Notes: generated by a model from the sequence alone, not told the origin. Positions 1 through 11,215 are shown, counted from the first letter of the whole stretch. The stretch: DNA of 63,651 bases, filler included, from Folioceros fuciformis (GCA_049999805.1; 17 parts of 17 records of this genome joined end to end with filler, not necessarily neighbours in it), one strand, 5' to 3'. Numbers and translations are program-made.

Positions 1-171
1 TTTGGATGTGAAAGGGGCAATCGTGAAGATTTCAATACAAACTTTGGCTTGTCATCCAAAGCTGGTGATCGTGGAGTGCGATGATGGAAAACAATGGTGG
101 CGTTTGTGAAATGATAGCGGCAAGACAAGCGCGGGAAGCAAGGCAAGGCAAGGCAAAGGCCTAATGGTGAT

Positions 172-2058
172 TCACAATTCCAGCGTGGAAGCCATGTCGA
201 CTGTCTCCTCTGTGTCGCCAAAGTTCTCTCGTTTAGCATAAACGCGGATGCACGACCTGCCGAAAAACATTGACGTTGTGATGCTCCGCTTCAAACCGAG
301 ATTCTCAGGATCGTCTGAGATGTCTATCTCGAACTCGCCTTCCAGGACCACGCCGGGGTCGGTGGTGTACCGCACTTCCACGGCGTCTGTGCTGTAGATG
401 CAAAACTTCGAAATTCTTTGGCCTTCGTGAGAGGGGCATGAGGAAACCGAGAAGCATTCGTCCACTCCAACGTGCTGTCCCCTGCGCACGAAGGCCTCGA
501 ACCTATTCTTACATTGGCAGGTGTTATGATTCCACGTCTTGTAGCTGGGAGGATCCAGCTCGTAATCGAAGTCCATTAGCAACTCCACGCCATAGGTTTT
601 GCGGGCAACCCTTGAGGTGACTAGGTCAGGTGAGAAACCGAAGAGGACAGCCCCTTTGCACACGGCGCTACCGGGATCTGGCGGCATCACGATCTTGTCT
701 CCCAGCCTGCCTGCCAGTGCTGCCTTCACTCTGTGCCGCAGGTACGGAGAGTCAGAGAAACCGCCGACAAGCAGCAGCAGCGTCAGGCGCGGAGTGATGG
801 CCTCCTGAATGAGCTCTATGATCCTGTCCACCACGGGGTCGAAGATCTTCTTCATGTCCGACAGCGTGAGCTCGATCTCGTCGTAGTTGAAGTCCGTGTC
901 CGCGGTCCCACCAAATTTCCTGTTGTAGGATTGCCACGCCTTCTTCAAGGCCCTTGGGACGTCCAAGCTCTGAGTGGTCCAGGACTCGGAGCCATCGAAC
1001 GAGGTTTTCATGTCGGACCAGTGCCTCTGCAGCATGGTGATGGTTGCAGGGTTCTGGCTCACCACTTCGTCAAAACAACCGATCCTGGCTCGTAGCATGT
1101 GGACAAAGTTGGCGTCCACATGTGTGCCCCCGCAGAGATCACCCGAGTTCTGCACTGCTTCCTTCAACTTTAACTTCGACGTGCCGTCGCCGGCCATGGT
1201 GTGAACCACGATGTCCGTGGTGCCTCCGCCGATGTCCGCCACCATGAACTGGTCCCCGTGCGTCAGGTTCAGCTGTTTGGATCTGGTCTTGGCGCAGTAG
1301 GCTGATGCCGCCTCCGACTCCAACACGATCTGCACGGGGTGCGGGCTAGCGCTGTTGGCCAGATGACGCGGGCAGCTGGGGCCTGTCACCAGCCCGGCCA
1401 TCTCCGCGCACCTCCGCATGATCTGCTTGGCGGAATCGTCCCAGATGGCGGGTACGGTGAGGCACCACTGCACATCCCTATTCGTGATGTGTTTGCCCCA
1501 TGAATCCTGCACATGCTCCAGAGCAAAGGTGGAGATCTCCCTGAGGAAGTCAGCCGTAGCTCTAACCACTGGCAAGCCCTTGGGAAGCTCAAGGCTGGTG
1601 TATTTCTCATCCTTGTTCCTCGCCTCCTCTTCCTCGGCCTCGGCCAGGCCGTGCTTCCCCTTACCGCCTGTCCATCCCATTTGCAGCCCTGACAGCATCC
1701 TGGACAAAGCGGCATCCCGAGCCTTCTGCGGCGCCAGGAGCAACTTGAACTTAGTGAGGTGAACACCAGCTTCCGATCCAGCGGCCGGGCCCTTGCCTTG
1801 TTTGAGCTGCCGGGCCTGCGCCGGCCATCCCCAGTCTGTCACCTCGTACTCGGGCTGGCTGCTCGAAGATTTGTTCTTCTTCACATAGAAGAGTCCTGTC
1901 TGCGTCTTGCAATACGATTTACCCTGCTGCCCCGGCCACTCGTAGAATCCGCTTATCTCATCAGGCTTCTGCTTGTGCGCATATGCGAACCCCGAGAAAG
2001 TGGTCCCGAAATCGATGCCTACCACCACTCTCACCTCGCCCTTGCTTCCCTTCGCCAT
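172..2058 (-). CDS. Atypical Hsp70 (HSPA12-type actin-fold ATPase), intronless, 628 aa
   Basis: Motifs VVGIDFGTTFSG, WCLTVPAIWDDSAKQIMR, LESEAAS (usually EPEAA), VADIGGGTTD, CGGTHVDANF, LLVGGFSDSPYL and SRVARKTYG are typical of HSPA12-like proteins. There is no EEVD tail. Confidence 0.9.
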   Translation of the reverse strand: MAKGSKGEVRVVVGIDFGTTFSGFAYAHKQKPDEISGFYEWPGQQGKSYCKTQTGLFYVKKNKSSSSQPEYEVTDWGWPAQARQLKQGKGPAAGSEAGVHLTKFKLLLAPQKARDAALSRMLSGLQMGWTGGKGKHGLAEAEEEEARNKDEKYTSLELPKGLPVVRATADFLREISTFALEHVQDSWGKHITNRDVQWCLTVPAIWDDSAKQIMRRCAEMAGLVTGPSCPRHLANSASPHPVQIVLESEAASAYCAKTRSKQLNLTHGDQFMVADIGGGTTDIVVHTMAGDGTSKLKLKEAVQNSGDLCGGTHVDANFVHMLRARIGCFDEVVSQNPATITMLQRHWSDMKTSFDGSESWTTQSLDVPRALKKAWQSYNRKFGGTADTDFNYDEIELTLSDMKKIFDPVVDRIIELIQEAITPRLTLLLLVGGFSDSPYLRHRVKAALAGRLGDKIVMPPDPGSAVCKGAVLFGFSPDLVTSRVARKTYGVELLMDFDYELDPPSYKTWNHNTCQCKNRFEAFVRRGQHVGVDECFSVSSCPSHEGQRISKFCIYSTDAVEVRYTTDPGVVLEGEFEIDISDDPENLGLKRSITTSMFFGRSCIRVYAKRENFGDTEETVDMASTLEL

Positions 2059-3528
2059 GGCAGCTTAACAAGATGCCTTGACAAATTGACAGCCGATCGA
2101 GCTTGTGACTCAAATCCTTGCCACTCTCCTCCTTGTCATGATCGACAAGCAAAGGCTATGCTAGGGATGGGGACACCCTCGACAACCCCACTCCGATTTT
2201 CATCTTGCTTCTCCAGGATTAACATGGCCGGTACGCTGTGCCAGGTGCTGCGTGCCCGACGACACGGTCAGTTGCACAGTGGATGTACAACTTGCAGTGC
2301 TCGCAGAAGGAAATGGTAAAGCGTAGGGCCACTGTGACGGATGACTTTGTCTCTGGAGTCCGCTTTACTCTTTCATGAAGGAGTCCACACCATGCTGGCC
2401 CTTAAAGCCCGCTTCTCCCGCCGTCGCCAGGGGAATCCCATAGCAAAACAAGTAGCACTGTGAAAGCGTGCGTCAGGACTCGGCTTGGCCAAGTCAAGAG
2501 TGGCCTTCTTGAGTGCTGGGGGCCTGGACTGGACCATCACCAAGGAGTAGCAAGATTATTGTGACCGCCTGTGACAGGATTCCAGAGAAGCGTGTGTCAA
2601 GTCACGTCTCGGCAGAGCCAAGTGGTGCAGGACAAATAAAGTGGCTTTGTTGGCCCTGGCCCCATTCGGCCTCCTGGATTTCGTAGTGTCTCCTGAGAGC
2701 TTGTGAAGGACTACGTAGACGTCAAGAAACTGCACCACCATTTCATCCCGAAGATAGTAGCCCAAGGGCTTTGGCTCCAACACGCGCAGGGATAGTCCCA
2801 CTGTATGTCAGCCCCGTAGATTGGGCCCCGCCTGGTCCAAATCGGTAAAGTGCTGCCTTCGAATAAACTCTTGCGCTGTCAGTTCACAGTCCCAGGCTAC
2901 AGCAGTCTTCGTGTCCCAGGACGAGCGTGCCGTGTAAGAAATCTGGCGTGCAACCAGCCTGATTCCATGTGCCCGCCAGCCAATCAAACAAGGGTCCTGA
3001 TAAGCTTGACTGATTTTGGACTCCTACCCAGCTCCTTCTTATGGTACGCTATACATGACATTGTGTCCTGCACCGGAAAACGCAGCTGCGAGGGAATGTC
3101 CTCTGCAAGGCGCAAGATGCACATTATCGTCTTGTGTCTTGATTCAGGGCCTAATCCGTGTAAGAGGAACGCAACTCGGGGTTTGCAATTGTTGGTTCAT
3201 ATAGTTGAAGTGCCACTGGGTGTGTGCGTTTTAGAGGATCCCCGAGTTTGACGAACACGTCCAAGTCTGCCACTTGGATTTTGATGTACAGATGAAGCTG
3301 AAGGCATGAAGTAGCTCGATCACAGTCCCAATACTCATCCGCTCCAAGGAAGTGTCAATGGGAAGTTCCAATGACTGACTGGATGTCAGGGGAGGACCCA
3401 ACGGGTGTGCTTTCACTGTCTCTGAGTTCATTTCATGAACAGTTACTCTCACAAGCGTAGCATCACAACTGCTTGGCAAATGTGAAACAACCTCATCTGC
3501 CCGCACGTCGTCGTGCAAACGATTGAAT

Positions 3529-5148
3529 TCAGTCATGAGTCCTCGTCAAGCTGCTAAGCACCTCGTCCTGCTCATCTTTGCTGCTGTCACCACGTTGAGT
3601 ATACACCTCACTCTTGACGATGATCTTCCCCAGCCGAAAGCCGGGAACAACCATGAACGCAACTCTGGGCGGGGCCGTGCCAGGCTCCTCATCTACAATC
3701 TCCTCCATATACCGATCGTCGAATTCCGCGCCACACCGCACTCTCAAGATCTTAGCGTTAGGGTGAAATGAAAAAGCCAACCTCTGCATCTGCCACACTG
3801 CAATAGCGAGACGTACAAACATCTTCACGACACCAGGCATTCCAATCGCCTCCTCCAACAGGTTGCCAGGCACCACGTCACGAAATTTTTGCCAGGCAAA
3901 CCGTTGGAATCGATCCCCATGAGGAGCTGCGTTGACTTTCACTACTTCCTCCACTTGGTGTTGGAAGGAGGGATCCGTCGACTGTTGTTCCAGAGTCTGA
4001 AACTCCTTGAAGCAGGCGGAGGCGCTATCCTCAGGGTCCAAGCTGACACAGAAGTAATCTTTCGTGGAGTCGAAGCCGTCAATCTCAAAGCCCCTGAACA
4101 TCAGAATAGAGGTTACATAGGCTGTGCGGTACCTCACACGCTGGGACTCATTCTCGAACGCCGTGGAGCCGATGACGGCTCGGGAGTTATGCCCCTCATC
4201 ATCGGGAAGTTCGAGGCGGTTACCAAACCCGCCCACCGTTTTGGCGAAATTCATCAGCTTCATCTTCACATCCGTCGCAGCGCCGTTCAACCTGGGAGGG
4301 AGGGCTCCATTGTCAGAATGCGAGCCGCCTCGTGCTTTGGAATTTTCCTCCTCGGCCTTCCATAACTTCTCTTTCAGACTCTCGACCTGATACGTCAAAT
4401 CAGCCTTTTCCTTTTGGATAGTTTGATGCATTCGCTGCCAATCGTCTTCGTCTGAGTACTTCGTCCCCCAACCAATTTGCTTGTTGTCTGTTGTTGTGGC
4501 ATGTTGGAGGTGATCATTTGCATTCTTAACATGCCAGTACATGGTGTTGTGATGTTGTCGAAGATCACTCCATCGCAGATTTATCTGTTCAAAGAATGCT
4601 TCTAGCTCCCTGTGGTCCTGTAGGGCCCAAATGTCAACACCTTTCTGCCAGTTTGGTTCATGATGCTGACCACCACAGTTCTCGCCTTCCGTCGCAGACC
4701 AGTCATTCGCTTTTGCACTGATGATGGCCTGTTGGTGTCCCAACGCATTTTTCTTTACACGTTCCGGCGCTCCCTTCTCTTGTATCGAGACCTGATGAGG
4801 ATCATTACCGAAGCCAGAAATCGAACCCTCTTTTGCACGTCCATAGAAAAGACCTTGTACGTCTGAATCTCTAGTTTGGGTCTGACCAGGCCCACCCTCA
4901 AAGTGGTTCGACTTCACCAGCAACAAGTCTTGAACTTTACGATGGAGTGCGTCCAGATGTCTTGTAAACTCGTCCATGTCCTCTTCCCCTCTCATCATTG
5001 CAGGTGTAATGGGCTGCAAATAATCCTTCAGGTCCCTGAGTGATTCAGTCACGACATACCGGCTAGACGCTCGTATCTGGTGCCTATTAGCGGCTCCACC
5101 TTGCGGCGGCCCATGACGCTGTCGGGCACACAACACATGCGTCAGCAC
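3529..5148 (-). CDS. GIL1/IRK-interacting-protein family coiled-coil protein with a GrpE-head-like C-terminus
   Basis: Heptad region (QTIQKEKADLTYQVESLKEKLWKAEEE) followed by AYVTSILMFRGFE, LDPEDSASACFKEF, FQRFAWQKF and AIAVWQMQRLAFSFHP...GAEFDDRYMEE...VAFMVVPGFRLG...KSEVY, which match GIL1/IRKI C-terminal motifs. The true start is uncertain: the track start is GTG, the first ATG is near 4998, and an upstream exon is possible. Confidence 0.8.
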   Translation of the reverse strand: MLTHVLCARQRHGPPQGGAANRHQIRASSRYVVTESLRDLKDYLQPITPAMMRGEEDMDEFTRHLDALHRKVQDLLLVKSNHFEGGPGQTQTRDSDVQGLFYGRAKEGSISGFGNDPHQVSIQEKGAPERVKKNALGHQQAIISAKANDWSATEGENCGGQHHEPNWQKGVDIWALQDHRELEAFFEQINLRWSDLRQHHNTMYWHVKNANDHLQHATTTDNKQIGWGTKYSDEDDWQRMHQTIQKEKADLTYQVESLKEKLWKAEEENSKARGGSHSDNGALPPRLNGAATDVKMKLMNFAKTVGGFGNRLELPDDEGHNSRAVIGSTAFENESQRVRYRTAYVTSILMFRGFEIDGFDSTKDYFCVSLDPEDSASACFKEFQTLEQQSTDPSFQHQVEEVVKVNAAPHGDRFQRFAWQKFRDVVPGNLLEEAIGMPGVVKMFVRLAIAVWQMQRLAFSFHPNAKILRVRCGAEFDDRYMEEIVDEEPGTAPPRVAFMVVPGFRLGKIIVKSEVYTQRGDSSKDEQDEVLSSLTRTHD

Positions 5149-6337
5149 TTGACTCTGAAGATGCCAAACTCAAGAGCTCACAGCAGCTAGGAACAACAGC
5201 TTAGGGTTTCAACATTGCCGGACACAAATTTGAAGGGGACACATACAGCTGCGGGCTGAGACGGGTGCGACCAAGGACGTGCGCTGCGATCACCCTTGTT
5301 CGCCATCTGGGACCCCGAATCAGGACCGTTCCACACCTGACATTGAATGGCAGCTAGGCTTCTTCAGCTTAGTTTTCGCCAAGAACCAGAGGCAGGGAGT
5401 GCACGAAAAACTCACCCAACGAAGGGGATTCATGAATCGACACGCGATCTATGCGGGGAAGATCCAGTCCTGCTCAGAGCTCGGTTATGTCGTTTTCCTT
5501 GACGACCAGTACCAGTGGAGCATCCAGCGATGATCATGATCCGCCGCCACAAGCCAGGTGCTCCGGATCCGCTCCAACCACACTCTGCATCAACCCCTCA
5601 TCCATCAGCCCGAGGTCGATCACCCAACAGCAGGACCTCTACCTTGTCAGTGACGCCACCGTAGAGAGAGCTGGCAAACGACCTCAGAGCCCAACTCTTG
5701 ACCGAGTGTGGTGACGGAAACTTCAACTCGGTCCAATCTCTGGTTCTGCTGTCCCTTCCAAGCACGATAGCCACTTGTGCCACCAAGTGGGACAGCAATT
5801 ATAACTTTGTGCATGTCCATCTGGGACAACATGTTACAGAGGCCACGTGCCCCTTGGTGACGTGCAGGAGACGACCTCAAACCTTGCCACTGAAGCGAAA
5901 GATATTCAGTTCTCCTTTTTGCTGCCTGATCGGATGGGCTCTGACGCTCCAATGTTGGGAGGAGCACCCTACATATCCAGTCCCAAGGTTCCCATCGATG
6001 GAAACCAGCAGGACTTCACGAACTATGTGTAGGGAGCCATGTCCAAGTCCTCCCCTGCCGGATAATTACCTGTTACCGTGACATGACACGACCACAGGCA
6101 CAGCACAGGGTGGACATGAATAGTGTCGTTGTTGTTGTCTCTCAAGTTGCAGATCGTCTCTCAAGTACTGTAATCAGAAACCCTAAACCGTTCAAATGTG
6201 ACACGACAGGTGGACAGTGACGATCGCAATACAAAGCTCGTCATTCGAAGGCGGTGAGGGTGGAGAGGGATGATGGGAAACAGTGGTGGCGTCTGAGAAC
6301 CGGACGCGCGGGAAGCAAGGCAAAGCCTCCTGGTGAG

Positions 6338-6963
6338 TCACAATTCCAGGGTGGAGGCCATTTCGACAGTCTCGTCTGTTGTCTCGTTTAGCGTGAAGCG
6401 GATTCACGACCTGCCAAAAAACATTGACGTTGTGATGCAGCGCTTAACACCGAGGTCCTCGAGATCGTCTGACATGTCTGTCTCGAACTCGCCTTCCAGG
6501 ACCACGCCACGGTCGGTGGTGTAGCGCACATCCACGGCGTCTGTGCTGACGATGCGCAACGTTATTCTTGTCTGGTCAATTGATGCAGGGACTGAGGACA
6601 CCGAAAGGCTTTCATCCACGCCAACCTTTTTTTGCATCCGGACCCGTTATGATTCCAAATCTTCACGCTGGGTTGTAGCTCGTAATCGAAGTCCATTAGC
6701 GACTCCAGGCCGTAGGTTTCGCGGGCCACCGTGGAGATGACCAGGTCGGGGGAGAAACCGAAGAGGACAGCTCCTTGGCGCACGACGCTACCGGGATCTG
6801 GCGGCATCAAGATCTTGTCTCCCAGCCTGCCTGCCAGTGCTGCCTTCACTCTGTCCCACAGGTAAGGAGAGGCAGAGAATCCACCGACCAGCAGCAGCTT
6901 CGTTTGGCAGGCGCGGGGTGATGGCCTCCCATAGGAGCTCTATGATCCTGTCCACCACGGGGT
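6338..6963 (-). pseudogene. Decayed second copy of the HSPA12-type Hsp70 (3' part, cut by the contig end)
   Basis: Colinear with 172-840 (KAALAGRLGDKILMPPDP, GAVLFGFSPDLV, VRYTTDRGVVLEGEFE) but broken by indels and frameshifts. The 3' flank (about 6270-6337) also resembles 80-171. Confidence 0.85.
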
Positions 6964-7063
6964 NNNNNNNNNNNNNNNNNNNNNNNNNNNNNNNNNNNNN
7001 NNNNNNNTTAATTAATTAANNNNNNNNNNNNNNNNNNNNNNNNNNNNNNNNNNNNNNNNNNNN
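6964..7063. other. Artificial contig linker N44-TTAATTAATTAA-N44 (stops in all six frames)
   Basis: The identical 100-bp spacer recurs starting at 12112, 14042, 20111, 26401, 29046, 34733, 41911, 47734, 50619, 53504, 55055, 56606, 58726, 61156 and 62404. Confidence 0.98.
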
Positions 7064-7575
7064 CTTGCCTGGCAGAGCTGCAATGAAGCCATTCTCGGAG
7101 AAGACCCACTGGTCAGGGTCAGGAATTGGAATTGCGATGCTTATGCTCATATTCCCCGGCGTTTTGTACAGTGTCAGTCCTTGCTCCAGAGCATGCACCA
7201 CGGGGATGGAGGACGTGAGGGACAGAGTCGCCGCTGCAGCAGCTGTCAACACAGCTCGGCTCATCCATCTGCCATGCCCGAACACATCACGCAGTGACCA
7301 TCAGAGAACAGCAAGCTTCACAGCCCCGCAATTCGTCCTGTGCCCCGCACAAATCGTTAACTACGCACGCCATACCTGGACGGAGGAGACGGAGCTGAGA
7401 CATCTGCTGAAGATAACTTCCCTTGCCGTTCCGATGCCGGCGAGGGAGCCTCGGGGACAGACGGCAAGGACGTGCTCGGTGCCCCCATCCTCGAAGAACC
7501 AATCACCCCTGTCCTATCGGACTCAAGAGCGGCGAGCGGAGCCAGGCATGACCGGCAAGAGCTAGTCACGGCCAT
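7064..7575 (-). CDS. 5' part of a putative plastid/thylakoid-targeted, PsbP-domain-like protein (continues at 12064-11765 across the circular contig junction)
   Basis: ATG at 7575 and a Ser/Ala/Pro-rich transit-like exon. A GT-AG intron at 7269-7375 joins in frame to WMSRAVLTAAAAATLSLTSSIPVVHA|LEQGLTLYK, a hydrophobic signal with a VxA cleavage-like site. The family call is by eye only. Confidence 0.4.
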
Positions 7576-8399
7576 GCCGTGAGCTTCGATCCCGGACCTG
7601 AATCTGCAGCACAACAGGACGACAAGAGAAACCGCCTGTCCAGCTGCTACAACAAAAATTTTGCCACAGCCTCTGGCACAAAGCTCAAGCTCGGAGCAGC
7701 AGGACAATCGGCGAGTCCAGCACTGGCGACCACCCCTTTCCCTTTCTTGCGTTCCTTCCTCCGCGTGCACAATCAACGGCAAGGGAGGCAGTAAATGCTA
7801 GCAGCGAAGCGAAGGGAGAGGCAGTGAGGAAAGGCCCGTCATGACGTGCGCCGGTGTATGGCCGGTTACGCACACCGGCTATAGCCAATAAAGTGCCCGA
7901 TCTTTGGAAAGCTGTGTGGACCCAGGACGTTTCCAGGCCGCTGGAATGAGAAGAAGCGGCACGTGCACGACGCCATGCTGGGATTCGGGGCAGCCACGCT
8001 CCCCGCTCGTCTTGGCCACGACACGAGAGGCAGACGCAACTTGAACTAGCCGCTTTTCTCGCTTTCCAGTGTCGGATTCTGCTACAGATTCACCGCAGCT
8101 GGATTCTTTGACATCCTACCCGCTTGTAGAATCACTGGGAGGCGCGCAGGGTGTAGAATCAGTAGGTGTGAAACTGTCTGTACAGGCACGAGGAAGAGCA
8201 AAACGGCCCGCGCGGGGGCTTGGCTCATTTTCCTATTGCTACCAATCCTAATCTCACTGTGAAAGACCACGTGCATCCTGACCGAAATCATTCTGTAACT
8301 CAATTCCCCGGTAAAAGGGAAGGGTTTCGGCTACAAACATTCTCAGCGGCATCCACCAAGTTGCACAACCACGGTGAGGCTCCGTAACATTTCCCTCTT

Positions 8400-9922
8400 C
8401 TGCACTGTCGGTACATCTCTGCATCCGTAACAAGCATCCCTCCCTGTCATCCTTGGTCAGGGTAGTTGCACGGATGCACGCCATGGTAATAGTCCTTCAC
8501 TGCAAAGAATCACCAGAATGTGGCGGATCTAGGAGCACATCATGTGGGGTCCCAGTAGCCCACGTGAAGCTACTGCTTGCCCTACTGTTGCCCAGGCAGA
8601 TGAGATCGCGTCGTTGAAAGCAAGCGCCCGGAGTCTGCTTCAACCGTCAGCTACCAGACTGGAAGCCATTTGTTGGAGTTGCTCCTGCAGCTTCTTATCG
8701 TTCGAGAGTTTGCTCACACATTTGTGCATACCAGCTGCGAGACACCTTCCCCCATCTCTCGCCATGAGCAGTCAAGGCTACAATTGACATTCAAGAACTG
8801 GATTTCTTGCTGCTGTTCTTCCCTTATCCTGCTCGTGGCTTGTAACCCGTCGAGCACAAGTATTTGCACCTTCCAAAACCAACAAGCCGGGGCTAAAGCA
8901 AGGACTGCAACTGACAGCTTCACTCAGACTGCATGCATCACTCCCAGGCAGCTCCCTTACATCCATCACAACCAGGTCGAACTCTTCCTCTGCAGCCTTT
9001 TCTACAGCTTCCTGCCCGTTGCAGGTAGGGACTGTGGTGTGGCCCCACTTCTGCGGCAAAGTCACCGTTACAGGCTGATTCACCATGATTTCCTCCGCGA
9101 CTATGATAAGCACGCCCTCGCAGTTCACCTCCTTCAAGTTCCCGTCTCCATCCTACATAACAAGTACAGACGCATTCTGTTGTTGCTCAAGGGTTCTCAG
9201 CTCAGGTACTCGCAAGCAATCAAAACGACCTAGGGCTTACCTTTGAAGTGACTTCTTGACCATCCCACACTCTCATTGCCGCATGCAGAGCCCGCCACAG
9301 TAACGGACTTTTGATTGCTTCGATGGATGTATGTACCTCTATCCCCAGTTGCCAACACCTGGGGATATTCAACAGAGCAGTTAGCCACGGGTACACACCT
9401 GCACCACTGAGGGAGTCCAAAGGACGAAATGTACACACTGCCACCGAGAACATGGAGAATCGAGGAGCACTAACATGGCTGGATGGTCGACAGATGCAAG
9501 CATGACAATGCACAAAGCCTTCTCGGCCTCCTCAAGCTTCGCAGCTCCTCCAGTTTTTTTGACGAGCCGCATCCTGGATTCCCAGTTCCTGCTCCCTGCT
9601 GTTCTGACTTGACAGTTCCAGAGTACGTCTCACTGGCTTCCGTTGCTGGAATCTGACGAATATGCTCATGCCCCTGCTGTCCCTCAGGACCAATACCTCG
9701 AGATGGCTTCCTATCCTGAACTCGTCGGAGGCCAGTACTATAGCCTGCAGGATTACCCCTGTCTTGAACAGGGAGGGACCCAGGACGATCGCCCCGGCGA
9801 AAACCCCCTCCTCGGACATGATGGTCACGTCCCTCTTCTCTCACACGGCGGCGGTGTATGAAACGATGAAGCGAAATAACACTTTTTCCCCTGAGCTTGG
9901 CTTTCCACCCACATCCGAACCC
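8400..9922 (-). pseudogene. Relic of the 3' half of a hybrid histidine kinase (end of HATPase plus two receiver-like domains)
   Basis: RMWVESQAQG (HATPase end, about 9885-9920). A degenerate first receiver (LEVLVL; RCWQLGIE). Then IIVAEEIMVNQ...KWGH...NGQEAVE...FDLVVMD spliced via a GT-AG intron (8870-8960) to VQILVLDGLQATSRIRE. Frameshifts are present and the EDN and QMP motifs are lost. The lower bound is approximate. Confidence 0.7.
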
Positions 9923-10937
9923 CTGTAGCGACAAGCAGTTTCAACGAAATGACAAGACCTAAGCCCTAACCCCATGAAACCTGCATTAAACGTAGTGAGG
10001 GACTGTACTGATATAGCACAAGGAGGACAAAAGGACAGTGAGATGCAAACTATAGAGTTTCATATACACCAAGGCTACAATATCTAGAATGAGATGCATA
10101 CCTGCTAGAGGAAGAATCAACTTGTGAGACAGCGTGAAACAAAGGCAAGTGCTTGTGCTCGGGATACACCTATACCTGGCAGTGATATCAATCAAAAGCT
10201 TAGCTTCAAGCGAATAGCAGCAGACAGGAAAAACGGCTACATATGAGCAGCAGCGAATATTCCCAGCAATAGCTCTGTGCTCACATACCCTGTCCAGGTT
10301 AGGCTGTGCTGGGTCATGCTAGGCAGGAAGTGGAGATGACACACACTGGAGACAGATGAGAGCTCCAGGATTGCTCCATGCGACCCAAGGATTGCGAGAG
10401 GGCAAAGGAAGGAGGAGGCCATCTGCGGGCTGCGGCAGAGGGTGCAGCAGTCGGTCCGGTAACGATTGGGAGGGGCGGGGATGAAATGCATCCGGGGACA
10501 TCCCGCCTTTGGAGAGACCACACTCGCCGAGGACGAGGGTAGGGGATATAGTTTTCGAAGTGAATTTAGATTATTTTAGTTTTAATATATATATATGATT
10601 TTTCCTACCTATTTAAGTACATATAAAGAGTNNNNNNNNNNNNNNNNNNNNNNNNNNNNNNNNNNNNNNNNNNNNNNNNNNNNNNNNNNNNNNNNNNNNN
10701 NNNNNNNNNNNNNNNNNNNNNNNNNNNNNNNATATAAAGAGTATAAACGTCAAGCATCTTTGCTTTTCCCAGTTTGGTATACTCAAGACAAAAACGTATT
10801 TTCAAGATACTGTACCATAGGTAGTTATTTGAAGATGTAGAAAGTAAAAAATAGACATATTGAACGAAAATGCAATGTCCTTTCCCACAGGTTTAGTTGG
10901 GAAGGTGGACCCGGTGCATGCATGTGCGGAAGGAGAG

Positions 10938-11215
10938 CCGTGCGGAAAATGGTCCCCAGTATTTGCCTTGCGGAAAATGGTCCCGAGCATTTGCCGTGCG
11001 GAAAATGGTCACACGCACTTGCCGTNNNNNNNNNNNNNNNNNNNNNNNNNNNNNNNNNNNNNNNNNNNNNNNNNNNNNNNNNNNNNNNNNNNNNNNNNNN
11101 NNNNNNNNNNNNNNNNNNNNNNNNNCATTTGCCGTGCGGAAAATGGTCACACGCACTTGCCGTGCGGAAAATTGTCCCACGCATTTGAAGTGCGGAAAAT
11201 CGTCCCACGCATCCA
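10938..11215. repeat. 28-bp minisatellite (TGCGGAAAATGGTCNCNNGCAYTTGCCG-like), interrupted by a 100-N gap
   Basis: TGCGGAAAAT starts at 10941, 10969, 10997, 11135, 11163 and 11191, a period of 28 on each side of the gap. Confidence 0.9.

Noticed and set aside
3231-3536. 101-aa ORF overlapping the GIL1-like stop, as if translationally coupled
   Set aside because: No recognisable motifs. It is probably 3' UTR or a chance frame.
5450-6050. Possible F-box-associated gene relic on the minus strand (HKVIIA, DSRTRDWTEL)
   Set aside because: Only two weak motifs among many stops, which cannot be supported without a profile search.
7008-7019. Recurrent palindromic TTAATTAATTAA as a biological motif
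   Set aside because: It is always centred between two N44 runs and is a synthetic six-frame stop spacer.
10938-11215. 28-bp repeats as a CRISPR array
   Set aside because: The units are contiguous with no unique spacers, there are no cas genes, and the context is eukaryotic. The same applies to the 31-bp and 42-bp repeats.
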